A DNA stretch of 38,908 nucleotides, taken from Thermoproteota archaeon (GTDB taxonomy: Archaea; Asgardarchaeota; Jordiarchaeia; Jordiarchaeales; Freyrarchaeaceae). The translations under genes and the position numbers were made by a program. Numbering within the stretch: position 1 is the stretch's first letter; every line of letters begins with the position of its first letter. Below are positions 26,726 through 36,790 of this stretch, piece by piece. The stretch covers positions 1-38,908 of the forward strand of contig JAPDJY010000084.1 of the NCBI GenBank assembly GCA_029258835.1. The letters run 5' to 3'. The notes below the pieces were generated by a model. That model did no database searches. It worked only from the letters and a program-made list of their open reading frames with translations, and was not told the origin of the DNA.

Positions 26726-27430
26726 GTGAACCAATCGGATGACCATCAACAGTTAGGCTTTTACGGTGAAGGATGGGAACTAATAGAGCTTCTGACGTGG
26801 AAGCATGACCGCTACCGCTTCCTGAAGTCGTACAAGCTTCTCGAGGGAGAGAAGCCTGGGAGGATCTTGGACGTCGGATGCCTGGCTGGAGGCGCCATGC
26901 TCCCCCTAATGGCTTCCGGGTGGGAGTGCTACGGCGTCGAGCTGTCAGACGCATACAAGGTCGCCGTTCAGAGGGGTGTTCATTGTCTGCAACATGACGT
27001 ACGGGAAGGCCTCCCCTTCGACGACGGCTTTTTCGACGTTGTCTGGGCTGAGGAAATAATAGAACACCTGCTAGACACCGACGCCTTCCTAGACGAGGTT
27101 CACAGGGTTCTCAGGACGGGCGGCGTCCTCATCCTCTCAACCCCAAACCTTGCCTCCATGGCTAACAGGCTAAGGCTGCTGGCGGGAAAGTACCCGAAGT
27201 ACGTCCAGTACAGCAACGAGGGCGTCGGGCACGTCCGATACTACACTGCGGGCGTGCTTAAATCCCAGTTGAAACGCCACGGGTTCACCGTGGAAAAAAT
27301 TGTAGGTAACTTCCTCGGCGCCCCAGATTGCCTCCTCAAAGACTGGCTTAAACGCCTCATCCTAAGCCCTCTCGGAACGCTCATGCCAACCCTGAGCGAG
27401 GTGCTCATCGTCAAGGCGAGGAAGCGTTAG
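26726..27430 (+). CDS. Class I SAM-dependent methyltransferase
   Basis: ILDVGCLAG, GVELS, LPFDDGFFDVV, IIEHL, RVLRTGGVLILSTPN. Confidence 0.92.
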   Translation: MNQSDDHQQLGFYGEGWELIELLTWKHDRYRFLKSYKLLEGEKPGRILDVGCLAGGAMLPLMASGWECYGVELSDAYKVAVQRGVHCLQHDVREGLPFDDGFFDVVWAEEIIEHLLDTDAFLDEVHRVLRTGGVLILSTPNLASMANRLRLLAGKYPKYVQYSNEGVGHVRYYTAGVLKSQLKRHGFTVEKIVGNFLGAPDCLLKDWLKRLILSPLGTLMPTLSEVLIVKARKR

Positions 27431-28922
27431 CCATCCTGTAAACCAGTATGCCACCATACACCAGCACCCTTTCAAACATCTCCGGGTGAGCCTCCACGTA
27501 CATCAACGCGTCAGGAGGACAATACCTGTAAAGATTGAATAGGACGTACTTAACGTTTAAATTTTTTAACGTGAAGTCCCTCAGCCACGGAACCTGGGGG
27601 AACCACATAGCAATCCTGTCAGTATAATAGCTTACCATTGGGTAAACGTTTGACAATATGGTTTCACATGGAAGGGTCGTAGCCTTCATGTACCCATACA
27701 CTGGAATAGGCACCGATATCCCCGGCTCGCTTCTGACGACATATACCCCTGCTAGACCTGCTACAAAGTTGACGGCGATAAGAGCCAACGCGACCTTCCT
27801 TTTCCCCGCCATGAGTGAACGTACACCGTCGAGTTTAACCTCTCCCTCTCCTAGCAGGACTGCTATTCCCATGGCTGACAGGACTGCAACGGCAGGGAGC
27901 GACGTCTCATTATACCTAAGGTAATCAACCAAGCGCGCCATCCTCATCAGAACCCCATAGGCTGCAGCGTACGATATAACCCAGAAGATAAGCGTCCTCC
28001 CTTCAACCTTCATCCTACCAGCTTTAACACCCCACAGGAAGTATGGTATGAGCGTTCCCGGGATCGCCGCCATAGCGATCAAATCGTAAACACCACTTAC
28101 AGCTAAGTCTAAGGGGGTCGTTGCAAGGATCAGGTAGGGGTTCCGCGTCCATTGCTGTGTTGAAGCAAAGAAGACCTGCAAGAAGCCTAAGTACGCGCCT
28201 GTCACGTTTTTACTATAAATAAGCCATGGCGTCACGGTGGCTACAGCAGCTCCTATGCCAGCGTAAAACCATGGAGACTTAACAGTTACCCTAGCGTTCC
28301 CAAGCGACACGGTTAGAAATACTCCAACTAGGATCATGAGAAAACCCGGGTAACGTGTTAGCGTGGTGAGGGTTAACGTAACCCCGGACAAAACATAGTA
28401 GTAGGGTTTCTTCTGTGCTCTATAAACCGAGAGCAGGAAAAGGGCTGCGAAGAGCATGAATGGGGGCTCGGTGAGAACCCCCCATGAGGAGACGAGAAGG
28501 AATGGGCTGCACGAGAATGCCAGAGCCGAAAGGCATCCGACTCTTTCACCATACATGTCTTTTCCCAAAAGGTAAACCATGTATACTGCAGCAACGGAGT
28601 AAGCATATGTTACGAGCTGGGCAACCGTGTGGTTTGGCCCGGTTAAGAGGAAGGCCACGTATATTGAGAGTGGTAGCACGGGGGCCCTAGCGAAGTCAAG
28701 AACCACTTGAAATGGAAAGTAGTAGTAGAACCCCAAGTAGTAGTAGTCTCTCGCCAGGTTGGTGTAAACCGCTTCATCCCATGTCACAGGAATGGGTATG
28801 AACGCTAGTATCCCCCTAACCACGGTTAAGAGCACTGTTAGCGTAGTAGCCCAATCCCTAAAGCACCCCCTCACAAGCAAGACGGCTTTCTGTAGCAACG
28901 TTCCCCATCCCAAACCAGCCAT
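27411..28922 (-). CDS. GT-C fold glycosyltransferase (ArnT/PMT_2-like)
   Basis: WDEAVY, RAPVLP, LTE, LTRY, PW; polytopic membrane protein. Confidence 0.85.
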   Translation of the reverse strand: MAGLGWGTLLQKAVLLVRGCFRDWATTLTVLLTVVRGILAFIPIPVTWDEAVYTNLARDYYYLGFYYYFPFQVVLDFARAPVLPLSIYVAFLLTGPNHTVAQLVTYAYSVAAVYMVYLLGKDMYGERVGCLSALAFSCSPFLLVSSWGVLTEPPFMLFAALFLLSVYRAQKKPYYYVLSGVTLTLTTLTRYPGFLMILVGVFLTVSLGNARVTVKSPWFYAGIGAAVATVTPWLIYSKNVTGAYLGFLQVFFASTQQWTRNPYLILATTPLDLAVSGVYDLIAMAAIPGTLIPYFLWGVKAGRMKVEGRTLIFWVISYAAAYGVLMRMARLVDYLRYNETSLPAVAVLSAMGIAVLLGEGEVKLDGVRSLMAGKRKVALALIAVNFVAGLAGVYVVRSEPGISVPIPVYGYMKATTLPCETILSNVYPMVSYYTDRIAMWFPQVPWLRDFTLKNLNVKYVLFNLYRYCPPDALMYVEAHPEMFERVLVYGGILVYRMANASSP

Positions 28923-28933
28923 TCGACCTCCCC

Positions 28934-29629
28934 CTACCCCTCGCTTCCTTTAATCTTCTCCTTTATAAGCCACCAGAGGCACACCACCCCGTCACTCCAC
29001 CTTATCTTAGCCACCCCATTCCGCCTTACACTGTAAACTATCGGCGTCTCGACTATTTTCACCCCTCTTTTGAGAAGTTTTGCCGTCACTTCGGGCTCGA
29101 ACTCAAACCCTTTAGACTTCAACTTCAACCCTTCAATGACGTCTCTTCTAAACGCCTTATACCCAGTCATCATGTCGGTCACGTTGGCTCCGAAAAGGAT
29201 CCTAGTAGCCCAAGAGAGGATTTGATTGCCAACATAGTGGCTCAGCGACATTCCCTTTATGCTTCCAAGAAACCTGGAGCCATAAGCCACGTCCGCCTCC
29301 CTCCTCAGGATTGGTGCGATGAGAGCAGGTATGTCTTCAGGGAAGTACTCCATGTCGGCATCCTGAATAACTATCACATTCCCTGTTGAATGCCTTATCC
29401 CAGTTCTAACCGCCGCACCCTTACCCATGTTTCTCTCATGCCTTACAAGGATAATGCCATCATGCTTTCTAGCCTCGTCGAATGACTCGTCAGTTGATCC
29501 GTCATCCACGACTATTATCTCCTTCTCCACGCCAAGGTCAACCCGTTTAACCCTTTCAATTACCTCTGATATGGTTGCCTCCTCGTTGAAGCATGGAATT
29601 ATTATGGAAACCTTATCCTGCGACCGCAC
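28934..29629 (-). CDS. GT2 polyprenol-phosphate glycosyltransferase (DPM1-like)
   Basis: IIIPCFNEE, VVDDGSTD, NMGKGAA, QDADMEY, GSRF, TDMMTGYK, FEFEPE. Confidence 0.93.
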   Translation of the reverse strand: MRSQDKVSIIIPCFNEEATISEVIERVKRVDLGVEKEIIVVDDGSTDESFDEARKHDGIILVRHERNMGKGAAVRTGIRHSTGNVIVIQDADMEYFPEDIPALIAPILRREADVAYGSRFLGSIKGMSLSHYVGNQILSWATRILFGANVTDMMTGYKAFRRDVIEGLKLKSKGFEFEPEVTAKLLKRGVKIVETPIVYSVRRNGVAKIRWSDGVVCLWWLIKEKIKGSEG

Positions 29630-29868
29630 AGTTAAAACCCTCCAACAACCCTATATTTCCCAGTAGAGAAAAAATAAAACTTTTTCGAAGAATCTAAACC
29701 AAGAAATTACAAGTAGAATTTTACTCAATAAGATTTCACCCAACGTCCTCCAGCATCTTAAAAATTCTCTGAAAGGTGGAAAGGTAGGTGTGAAAGGCAT
29801 TTTAGAGTCATTGTCTCATGGCAAAAGGTTATATTTGCTTCTGTAGAAGTGGCGTTGGAGGTTTAACC

Positions 29869-31011
29869 TTGCCAGGTAAGGGGTCGCTTCCTAAAGCAGC
29901 AGCTTTCACCCTTTCCATACTTGTTATAATTGCCGTTTTATGGTTCATAGGTGTTGACCTGTTCTTGGCCTTAGCTTCACGGCTTAACCCTACTTGGGTT
30001 TCTGTTTTCATCGCCGCCTATACTTTCTCTTTCCTCTTAAGAGCTTTGAGGTGGAAGATTATCGTTGGGGCTACTGGTAAAAATGCTAGCTTCTCCAGAC
30101 TTATGACGATCAACTTTTCAGGATGGTTTGTAAATCAGGTTACTCCTGCGAAAATAGGTGACTTTCTCCGTATATCCCTCCTAAGCTCGCAGGAGCGCGT
30201 TTCTCTCGGCGAGAGCACTTCAACCATAGCGGTTGAACGGGCGTTAGACATCTCCACCATAGTTTTAGTCTCATCTATCCTGTTGTTCTCAGCAAACTTC
30301 AGCCAGATGATCCCCTCGCACATCAAACTCCTATCCATTATAGGATTTATCTTATTAGTCGCAATCCTCGCCCTCATCATAGCCTTCTGTGTAGCCGGAC
30401 CAGGAATAGTAAACACTTTTAGAATACACAAGGTTTCTAGAAGGATTCACAGCGCCCTCTACGAGCTCGCCCTAGGGTTAAGAGATGGGGTGCAGAAGCT
30501 TTCTAAAAGTCCAAAGGCGCTTCTCCTCTCGGCGTTGCTGTCCCCTCCCATATGGGTCATCGACGCCCTCTCAATATACATTTTCGTTAACGCTACAGGG
30601 ATCCCGCAGACCATTCAAACCTACACGCTAGCCATACTTCTCGGCTTTTACCCTCAAGCCCTCCTTCCCGACGCACTTTTACTGTACATTTCCACAGCAC
30701 CCTTCTCCTCGGTTTCAGCCGGCTTCTGCCTTCTAGCGGCGATCTTAGGCTTCGCATCAAAGCTTTTCCCCATAATACCGGGAGGCTTCGGAATATACGA
30801 ACTCGTAGTAGCAATAATACTCAACATAACAGGACTTTCGTTACATGTTGGGCTAGCGGTAGCCCTCATAGACCACATGGCAAGGTTAACCTACTGTTCA
30901 GCCGCAGGAATACCCTCTCTCATCCACAACGGAATAGGCCTAAGAACGGCGTTGTTCGGCCGGGTACGAGAGCCATCCCTGAACTACCAGCCGGAACACG
31001 GTCATGAATAA
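29869..31011 (+). CDS. Lysylphosphatidylglycerol-synthase-TM/UPF0104 flippase-like membrane protein
   Basis: LRALRW, NQVTPAKIGDFLR, ERALD, PGGFGIYE. TTG start after GGAGGT. Confidence 0.88.
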   Translation: MPGKGSLPKAAAFTLSILVIIAVLWFIGVDLFLALASRLNPTWVSVFIAAYTFSFLLRALRWKIIVGATGKNASFSRLMTINFSGWFVNQVTPAKIGDFLRISLLSSQERVSLGESTSTIAVERALDISTIVLVSSILLFSANFSQMIPSHIKLLSIIGFILLVAILALIIAFCVAGPGIVNTFRIHKVSRRIHSALYELALGLRDGVQKLSKSPKALLLSALLSPPIWVIDALSIYIFVNATGIPQTIQTYTLAILLGFYPQALLPDALLLYISTAPFSSVSAGFCLLAAILGFASKLFPIIPGGFGIYELVVAIILNITGLSLHVGLAVALIDHMARLTYCSAAGIPSLIHNGIGLRTALFGRVREPSLNYQPEHGHE

Positions 31012-31088
31012 ACTAGTAGGAGAGGATCGTCGAAGGATATAATTGTGAGTAATAGGTAGAGTCCATCAAGGCGTAAGGAGGCATCGTT

Positions 31089-31862
31089 ATGGATGAAGTT
31101 ACGATAGTTCAGATCTCAGACATACACGTGATGACTCCCCACTTCTCCAAGGAGCTTGAAGTGAACGTTGTGGAGGAGGTTAACAGTTTAAGCCCGGACC
31201 TCTTGGTGGTTACAGGCGACCTAACGGACGACGGCCTCTACTACCAGTACGAGGAAGCCCTGTCCCTGCTGGAGAAATTCGATGTCAAAAGGAAGCTCGT
31301 GGTCCCGGGAAACCACGACTCTAGGAACGCAGGCCACATGGTCTTCGAGGAGCTCTTTGGCACACGCTACCCTCTCCAAACCGTTGGATCGGTTAGGGTG
31401 GCTGGAGTAGACTCCACCGAGCCAGACCTAGATGATGGACACGTGGGCAGACTCGCGTACGGAATAGTCAGGAGAAGCCTTGAGGGGTTCAAGGGCGTCA
31501 GGGCAGTCGCCCTCCACCACCACCTTGTACCCGTTCCCGGAACGGGGAGGGAGCGGAATATTCCATCAGACGCAGGGGACTTCCTAAAGCTCCTCTCAGA
31601 CCTGAAGGTCCACATTGTTCTCTGCGGACATAAACACGTCCCATGGCTTTGGAGGCTAAATGGAATGGTGATCCTAAACGCCGGGACGGCGACGACTCTA
31701 AGGCTGAAAGCCCGCATACCCCCATCATTCAACGTAATAACGTTCAACGAAAAAATAAGGGTGGAGAGGGTCAACTCCAGAACACTTGAAAAACAGGTGA
31801 TCTATGAAGCACCCATCACGTATTCCGTAGGCCAGCCGGGCACTCCACTCGACGATCCATAG
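31089..31862 (+). CDS. Calcineurin-like metallophosphoesterase (CpdA/Icc-like)
   Basis: SDIH, TGDLT, PGNHD, HHH, GHKH. Confidence 0.93.
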   Translation: MDEVTIVQISDIHVMTPHFSKELEVNVVEEVNSLSPDLLVVTGDLTDDGLYYQYEEALSLLEKFDVKRKLVVPGNHDSRNAGHMVFEELFGTRYPLQTVGSVRVAGVDSTEPDLDDGHVGRLAYGIVRRSLEGFKGVRAVALHHHLVPVPGTGRERNIPSDAGDFLKLLSDLKVHIVLCGHKHVPWLWRLNGMVILNAGTATTLRLKARIPPSFNVITFNEKIRVERVNSRTLEKQVIYEAPITYSVGQPGTPLDDP

Positions 31863-31928
31863 CTCAGAGGCTTAAAGAGTCTCGCCACGATAACAGACGA
31901 CACGTCTGAACCAGCAACAGTTCATCAA
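31862..31928 (-). ncRNA. Candidate box C/D methylation guide sRNA
   Basis: Minus strand reads TTGATGA-ACTGTTGCTGGTT-CAGA-17 nt-TGGCGA-GACTCTTTAAGCCT-CTGA (C, guide, D', C', guide, D). The D guide is complementary to the recalled archaeal 16S motif GGGCUUAAAGnGUC. Confidence 0.6.
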
Positions 31929-32051
31929 CCCTTTCTCGCCGCTTCACTGCACCGTGAAGCGTCGCCGCCCTGAGGGCGCCTCGCCGCCCCCATGGTGGAA
32001 CCAAGCCTTCCATTGGGGTCCAGAAAGCACATGCGAGGCAGACTGGGAGGG
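31929..32051. other. GC-rich multi-stem intergenic element (possible structured RNA)
   Basis: Stems CGCTTCAC/GTGAAGCG and CGCCC/GGGCG; GCCTCGC/GCGAGGC enclosing CCCCA/TGGGG and TGGAA/TTCCA; possible closing stem CCCTTTC/GGGAGGG. Confidence 0.45.
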
Positions 32052-32164
32052 CTTAGCGTGCTTCAACGTTGCCGCTAATCCTTCTACCGTCTATGCTTCA
32101 ATTTGCCCCCGCTCGAAAACTACTTATTTTAATTTCGGTTTTTGTTGGGTGGGAAGTGAGGGTG

Positions 32165-32470
32165 ATGGGTAAGAGGGATCGGGCTAAGCTGGCCTCCAGG
32201 ATGCTTAAGCTCCAGTTAGCTGCAGGCTACCTCATATACTTCGTAGTTATAGGGATGGTGACGTTAAACATGTTTTTCATGGCTAACTGGTGGGCTCCGC
32301 TGATCCCTCCAAGCATGTTCCCCGTTCCGCTGCATATTCAAGACGCCATCGGGATAGCCTTACTGTCCATCCTTATAGCCTTACAGACCGCGTTCGTACT
32401 CTCCCTCTACCTTCTCGGGAAGGAAAGAGGGTCTGAAGGCGATGGTGAGGGAGGGCCGCGTCAGCCCTGA
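32165..32470 (+). CDS. Small two-TM membrane protein
   Basis: ATG 32165 after GAGGGTG; two hydrophobic segments. Confidence 0.65.
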   Translation: MGKRDRAKLASRMLKLQLAAGYLIYFVVIGMVTLNMFFMANWWAPLIPPSMFPVPLHIQDAIGIALLSILIALQTAFVLSLYLLGKERGSEGDGEGGPRQP

Positions 32471-32958
32471 GTGTACTTGTAGAACGCGCAGTGTATGTCC
32501 TTCACTATGGAGAACCTTATGTCAAGCGAGGTTTTCCCCAGCACCTCTCTTTCTACGCCATCCATAGCCTCGGCGAAGAGCTCCACGTCGCCCTTCTCAA
32601 AGGCTTCGAGAAGCTTATCGCTCACCTGGAAGACTGGGTTTCCGACGAGCTCAGGATATTTCTCTCCCTTCTTCTTAAGCAAGTCTATGACTTTTCTAGG
32701 TGGCTCAAGGTTGTTCACCATGATGGACTGCACAACCATGTCGAAGACGTATTCTGCCGCTCCCTTCATGTCCCCTCCCCTAAGCTTAGCGCTCACGGAG
32801 TCGGCGGCGCTTCTAGCCGCGTCTAAAAACTCGTCGACCCCGACGTTCCTCAACATCTTTTCGAAAAGTTCCACATCTGCATCGTCTGGAGGGTTAAGAT
32901 ACCTGCTCAAAAACCCCACCACTCGCATCGTCCATTGCATAGGAAAAACAAGTTTCAC
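32461..32958 (-). CDS. Hypothetical helical protein
   Basis: 165-aa ORF with host-like composition and no recognised motif. Confidence 0.65.
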   Translation of the reverse strand: MKLVFPMQWTMRVVGFLSRYLNPPDDADVELFEKMLRNVGVDEFLDAARSAADSVSAKLRGGDMKGAAEYVFDMVVQSIMVNNLEPPRKVIDLLKKKGEKYPELVGNPVFQVSDKLLEAFEKGDVELFAEAMDGVEREVLGKTSLDIRFSIVKDIHCAFYKYTQG

Positions 32959-33043
32959 CCAATAAAAACCTTCCGTTAGAGATCCAAACTACCGAAGTGT
33001 TATATACTTTTCCGGCTATTCTTTAGTTGGAAGCGTATGGAGC

Positions 33044-33625
33044 TTGAGTGAACATAAGTATGGAATGGTTCCTTCAGATCTGAGACAGCTACTGGGCCGT
33101 TTAAACGTGGATGATGATGGGAGAATAGCATTTGAAGGCGAAAGGTATGCTTTCATACTCCAAAAACTTCTGGTGAACGCCCTCTTCATTGAAGCCCTAA
33201 GTGTTCTCGGCGTATCGCTTAAAACGTTGATCCGGCCCTTCTCCGTGCTGGTAGGGGGGTCTCTGGCTAGGCATCTAATCGATAAGCTGGGTGTTCCACC
33301 TGAGAACGTACTTGAAGATTACGCTAAATTTAACAGCATACGCGGGTGGGGGGGCATTGAGGTAGTTGAAGTCGACTTGGATGCGCCTAAGGTTATTGTT
33401 AGGATGCGTAATTCCGCCTTTGCAAGGGGGGTAAGAGAAGCGGTTAGCAACGTTAAAGAGGTGTTCCCATTCTACGATTGCCCGTGGGGGTGCACCTTCG
33501 CTGGCGTTCTTAAGGTTGCTCTAGAGAAGACTGGACGGCAAGTTCCAGAATTGCCCTACGAGGAAGTTAAATGTGAAACCCTAGGAAACGAGTGCTGTGA
33601 GTGGCATGTAAGGAGGGAAAACTAG
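33044..33625 (+). CDS. V4R (4-vinyl reductase) domain protein
   Basis: GRIAFEGERY, RGWGGIEV, NSAFA, CPW...AG, EEVKCETLGNECCEW. Confidence 0.88.
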   Translation: MSEHKYGMVPSDLRQLLGRLNVDDDGRIAFEGERYAFILQKLLVNALFIEALSVLGVSLKTLIRPFSVLVGGSLARHLIDKLGVPPENVLEDYAKFNSIRGWGGIEVVEVDLDAPKVIVRMRNSAFARGVREAVSNVKEVFPFYDCPWGCTFAGVLKVALEKTGRQVPELPYEEVKCETLGNECCEWHVRREN

Positions 33626-34163
33626 ATGCCCATCGAAGAAGCCGTTAAATTGCTCAGTAAGCTTAAGCCCGCTGGTGAGGGGTCATTAATGTTTGAAGAG
33701 GAACGCGTGATATTAACGACAGCCACGTTTCTGGTGGATGCTTTGAAAATGCTTCCGGAAGAGCGTTTTGGCAAAATAAGTAGAAACCATATACCATAAA
33801 GCATTCGTTAAGTATGGCCGCTGGCTGGCTGAGGAGAAAGAATTCCTTGGACCACGCGGCGTGGTAGAGGATCTTTTAAGGCTTTTTGCCGCATATGGAT
33901 GGGGTAAAACGGAGCTTGTAAGCTTCGATGAAGAAACTCTCAGCGTCTCCTTCAGAGTGTACGCGTCAATTTATGGGGAAAGGTATAGGAAGCTCTCTGA
34001 ATATAAAGACGAGGCGTTCACTCCTCAATGCCCCATGGGGTACGCTGTGGAAGGAGCCTTGAGCTTCTTCGCCCAAAAGAAAGGGTTTCCTCCCCCGGTA
34101 TCGGAGGAAGTCAAATGTATCGCTAGAGGGGATCCATACTGTGAATTCGTTATAATAACATGA
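33626..34163 (+). CDS. Second V4R domain protein, +1 frameshift near 33780
   Basis: ATG 33626 MPIEEAVKLLSKLKPAGEGSLMFEEERVIL stops at 33799. Removing one A joins it to VETIYHKAFVKYGRWLA...YGWGKTEL...CPM...EEVKCIARGDPYCEF. Confidence 0.82.
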
Positions 34164-34531
34164 TTACGAGTCCTCTTACAGCTCAAAATCACCGAGGCAT
34201 GATCCAGAACCTTCAGATCTTATACAGAGTGAAGTATTTTTCTCCATTTGTGAACGTTTTGTGGAGGAGTTTAAGAATGAATTCCTGCAAGCGGTCCATC
34301 TCTACGAAATTTCATAGGCGACGCTGCTCATCAAACAACCCGTAAGTGTTGGCTGGCTGGCTGCTTAGCGTTAAACGCTGTACTCTGACCATCCTATTTA
34401 TTAATCTAAGATAGGTAACGTTTAATTGTCACGTAAAGCAACTTCTAGTTTGAATACTTCCTCTGCTCCTCCCTCTCGGGCTTTAACGATTTTATCATTA
34501 TTACTTTCTTTGTGAGGAGATGTTCTAGCCT

Positions 34532-36789
34532 ATGCGGTTAAAGATATTGGCTCCTGCGGGAGGATGGAACTCCCTCCTGGCTGCGGTCAAGGTCGGAGCT
34601 GACGTGGTATACCTTGGAGGTAAGGCTTTTAATGCAAGGCAGTACGCTGAAAACTTTTCCTTGGATGAGATGAGGAGAGCGGTAGAGTTCTCTCACGCCC
34701 ATGGAACAGAGGTTTACGTTACCGTTAACACTTTGATCTTCGACGAGGAGCTAGAAGCCGTCGCACACTATCTTGAAGACCTCTATGACTCCGGGGTGGA
34801 TGCAGTCATCTTCCAGGACCTAGCCGTACTCAAGCTGGCTAAACGCTTCAGCCCAAAGCTTAAGCTTATAGCAAGCACGCAAACCACCACCCACAATGTT
34901 GAAGCTGTGAGATTCTTCGAGAAGTTAGGGGTTGACGGAGTGATCTTATCAAGAGAATTGTCCCTAGACGAGATAAGAGAAATAAGGTCGAAGACGGATC
35001 TATGGCTGGAGACGTTCGTTCACGGAGCCCTCTGCTTTTCATATTCTGGAGCCTGTCTCATGAGTAGCATTATAGGAGGAAGAAGCGGTAACAGGGGGCG
35101 TTGCGCTCAGCCGTGCCGTAAAAGGTACTCTCTGCTTTCTTCGAAGGGGAAAGTACTGGCTGAGGGCCATCTTCTGAGCATGAAGGACCTAAATCTCTCC
35201 AAGCACCTACGCGAGCTGGTCGATGCAGGAGTAGACGGCTTGAAGATTGAGGGGAGGATGCGCCGACCAGAGTACGTGGCAACCACAGTTGACGTTTATA
35301 GGAAATCCTTAATAGCAGCCTTGAAGGGGTTAAACCCTAACCAGAGGGATATAAAACGCCTCAGCCTTGTTTTTAACAGAGGCTTCACGGAAGGGTACCT
35401 CTACGGGGGACAGGGTAGAGAAATGATGAACTACGAGCGCCCAGATAATGTGGGAGTGAAGGTTGGGGTTGTGTCCTCTACTAAGAGAGGCTTTCTCACC
35501 ATCAGCCTTTCAGAAGACTTACGGGTTGGAGATGGGGTGGAAATCGCCTGCAACGGTGAGAAGGTCGGCTTCATAGTACGTGAACTCCGCGTTGGAGGAA
35601 GGAAGGTTGAAGTAGCGAAGCCTGGCGAAGAGGCTGCATTGCCATTTAACGGCAATGTGCGGGTTGGAGCGGTGGTTCACAAGACCAGAGATGTTTTAAC
35701 AGTGGAGTGGACCGAGCAACTTATAAGGAACGCTCTCAGGGAAGCAAGCCATTCAAAGGCTAAGCTGCATGGGCGAGGCCGCTCACATGGCTGCGAGGAG
35801 GCCGTTCCAACTACCCAGTCCAGTGGCTCCATATTAGCTGTCATACGCGGCGGCGTGGCGTACTCCCCGGCTGGTGAACGCACCATTCAACGTCCTGCCT
35901 CGGCGGAGGGAGAGTCGGCGTCGCTTCTGAAGCTTTCCGTCAGCGTCGGAGACTTAGAGTCCATACGGAGGGCTGTGGACGCCGGCGCTGAACGTGTGAT
36001 TTTTGGAGGAGACTTCTTTAAGCCTAGGAAGCCTTTAAGCTTCAACAGGCTGGGGGAAGGTGTAGACTACTGCAGAGAGCATGGTGTAGAGTTCATACTT
36101 TCGACGCCGAGGATAACCCGGAACAGGGAGCTGCAGCTCATCAAGGAATCGTTAAACCACGTGAAATCGCTTAACCCTGACGGTGTGATCGTGGGAAACT
36201 ATGGCACCCTAAACCTCTTCTTGGAGGAAGGCTTCTCCCACGTTTACGCGGACTACTTCCTTAATGTTACGAATAGTCTTTCTATTTCCATCATGAGGGA
36301 GCTTGGTGTTAAGGGAGTTACTTTGAGCCCGGAGCTAACCTTGAAGCAGATCGCCTCGCTGCATAAGGACGGCGTGGAGGTTGAATGCATCGTCCATGGG
36401 CCCCTTGAACTGATGGTTTCAGAACACTGCATTTTAAGAAGCATCCTTTCCCCTAGTGGAAGGTGCTCCTCCCCATGCGTTAAGGACTCATACTTCCTCC
36501 GCGACGAGAAAGGCTTCCTTTTCCCCCTGGCCTGCGACCAGTCATGCAGGCTTCACGTTTTCAACTCACGAGACCTATGCATGGTCGATGAGCTCGGAAG
36601 GGTTGCCGACGCAGGCGCCGACTATGTGAGGGTGGATGCCCGCCTCAGAAAGCCGGAACACGTCCAAAGCATGGTTAAGGCGTACAGGGAGGTCATCGAT
36701 GGAAGGGTGGACTCCTTTGAAGCCAAAAAGAGGCTGAGGGGGTGGGGGCCTCCTTTACCAGAGGACACTTCTTTAGGGGGGTCCTCTAG
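34532..36789 (+). CDS. U32-family protein (RlhA/TrhP-like putative RNA hydroxylase) with second degenerate U32 barrel; frameshift near the C-terminus
   Basis: LAPAG, ASTQ, LSREL, HGALCFSYSGACLMS...NRGRCAQPCR, LKIEGRMR. Adding one G at 36738-36742 gives the family-typical end FTRGHFFRGVL-stop (36789) and removes the overlap with the next gene. Confidence 0.88.
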
Positions 36790-36790
36790 C

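Noticed and set aside
31929-32051. tRNA, hammerhead ribozyme, SRP RNA, RNase P RNA or SECIS identity for the structured element
   Set aside because: No T-loop or anticodon geometry, no CUGAUGA/GAAA hammerhead core, no SRP or RNase P signature, and no in-frame UGA in the upstream gene.
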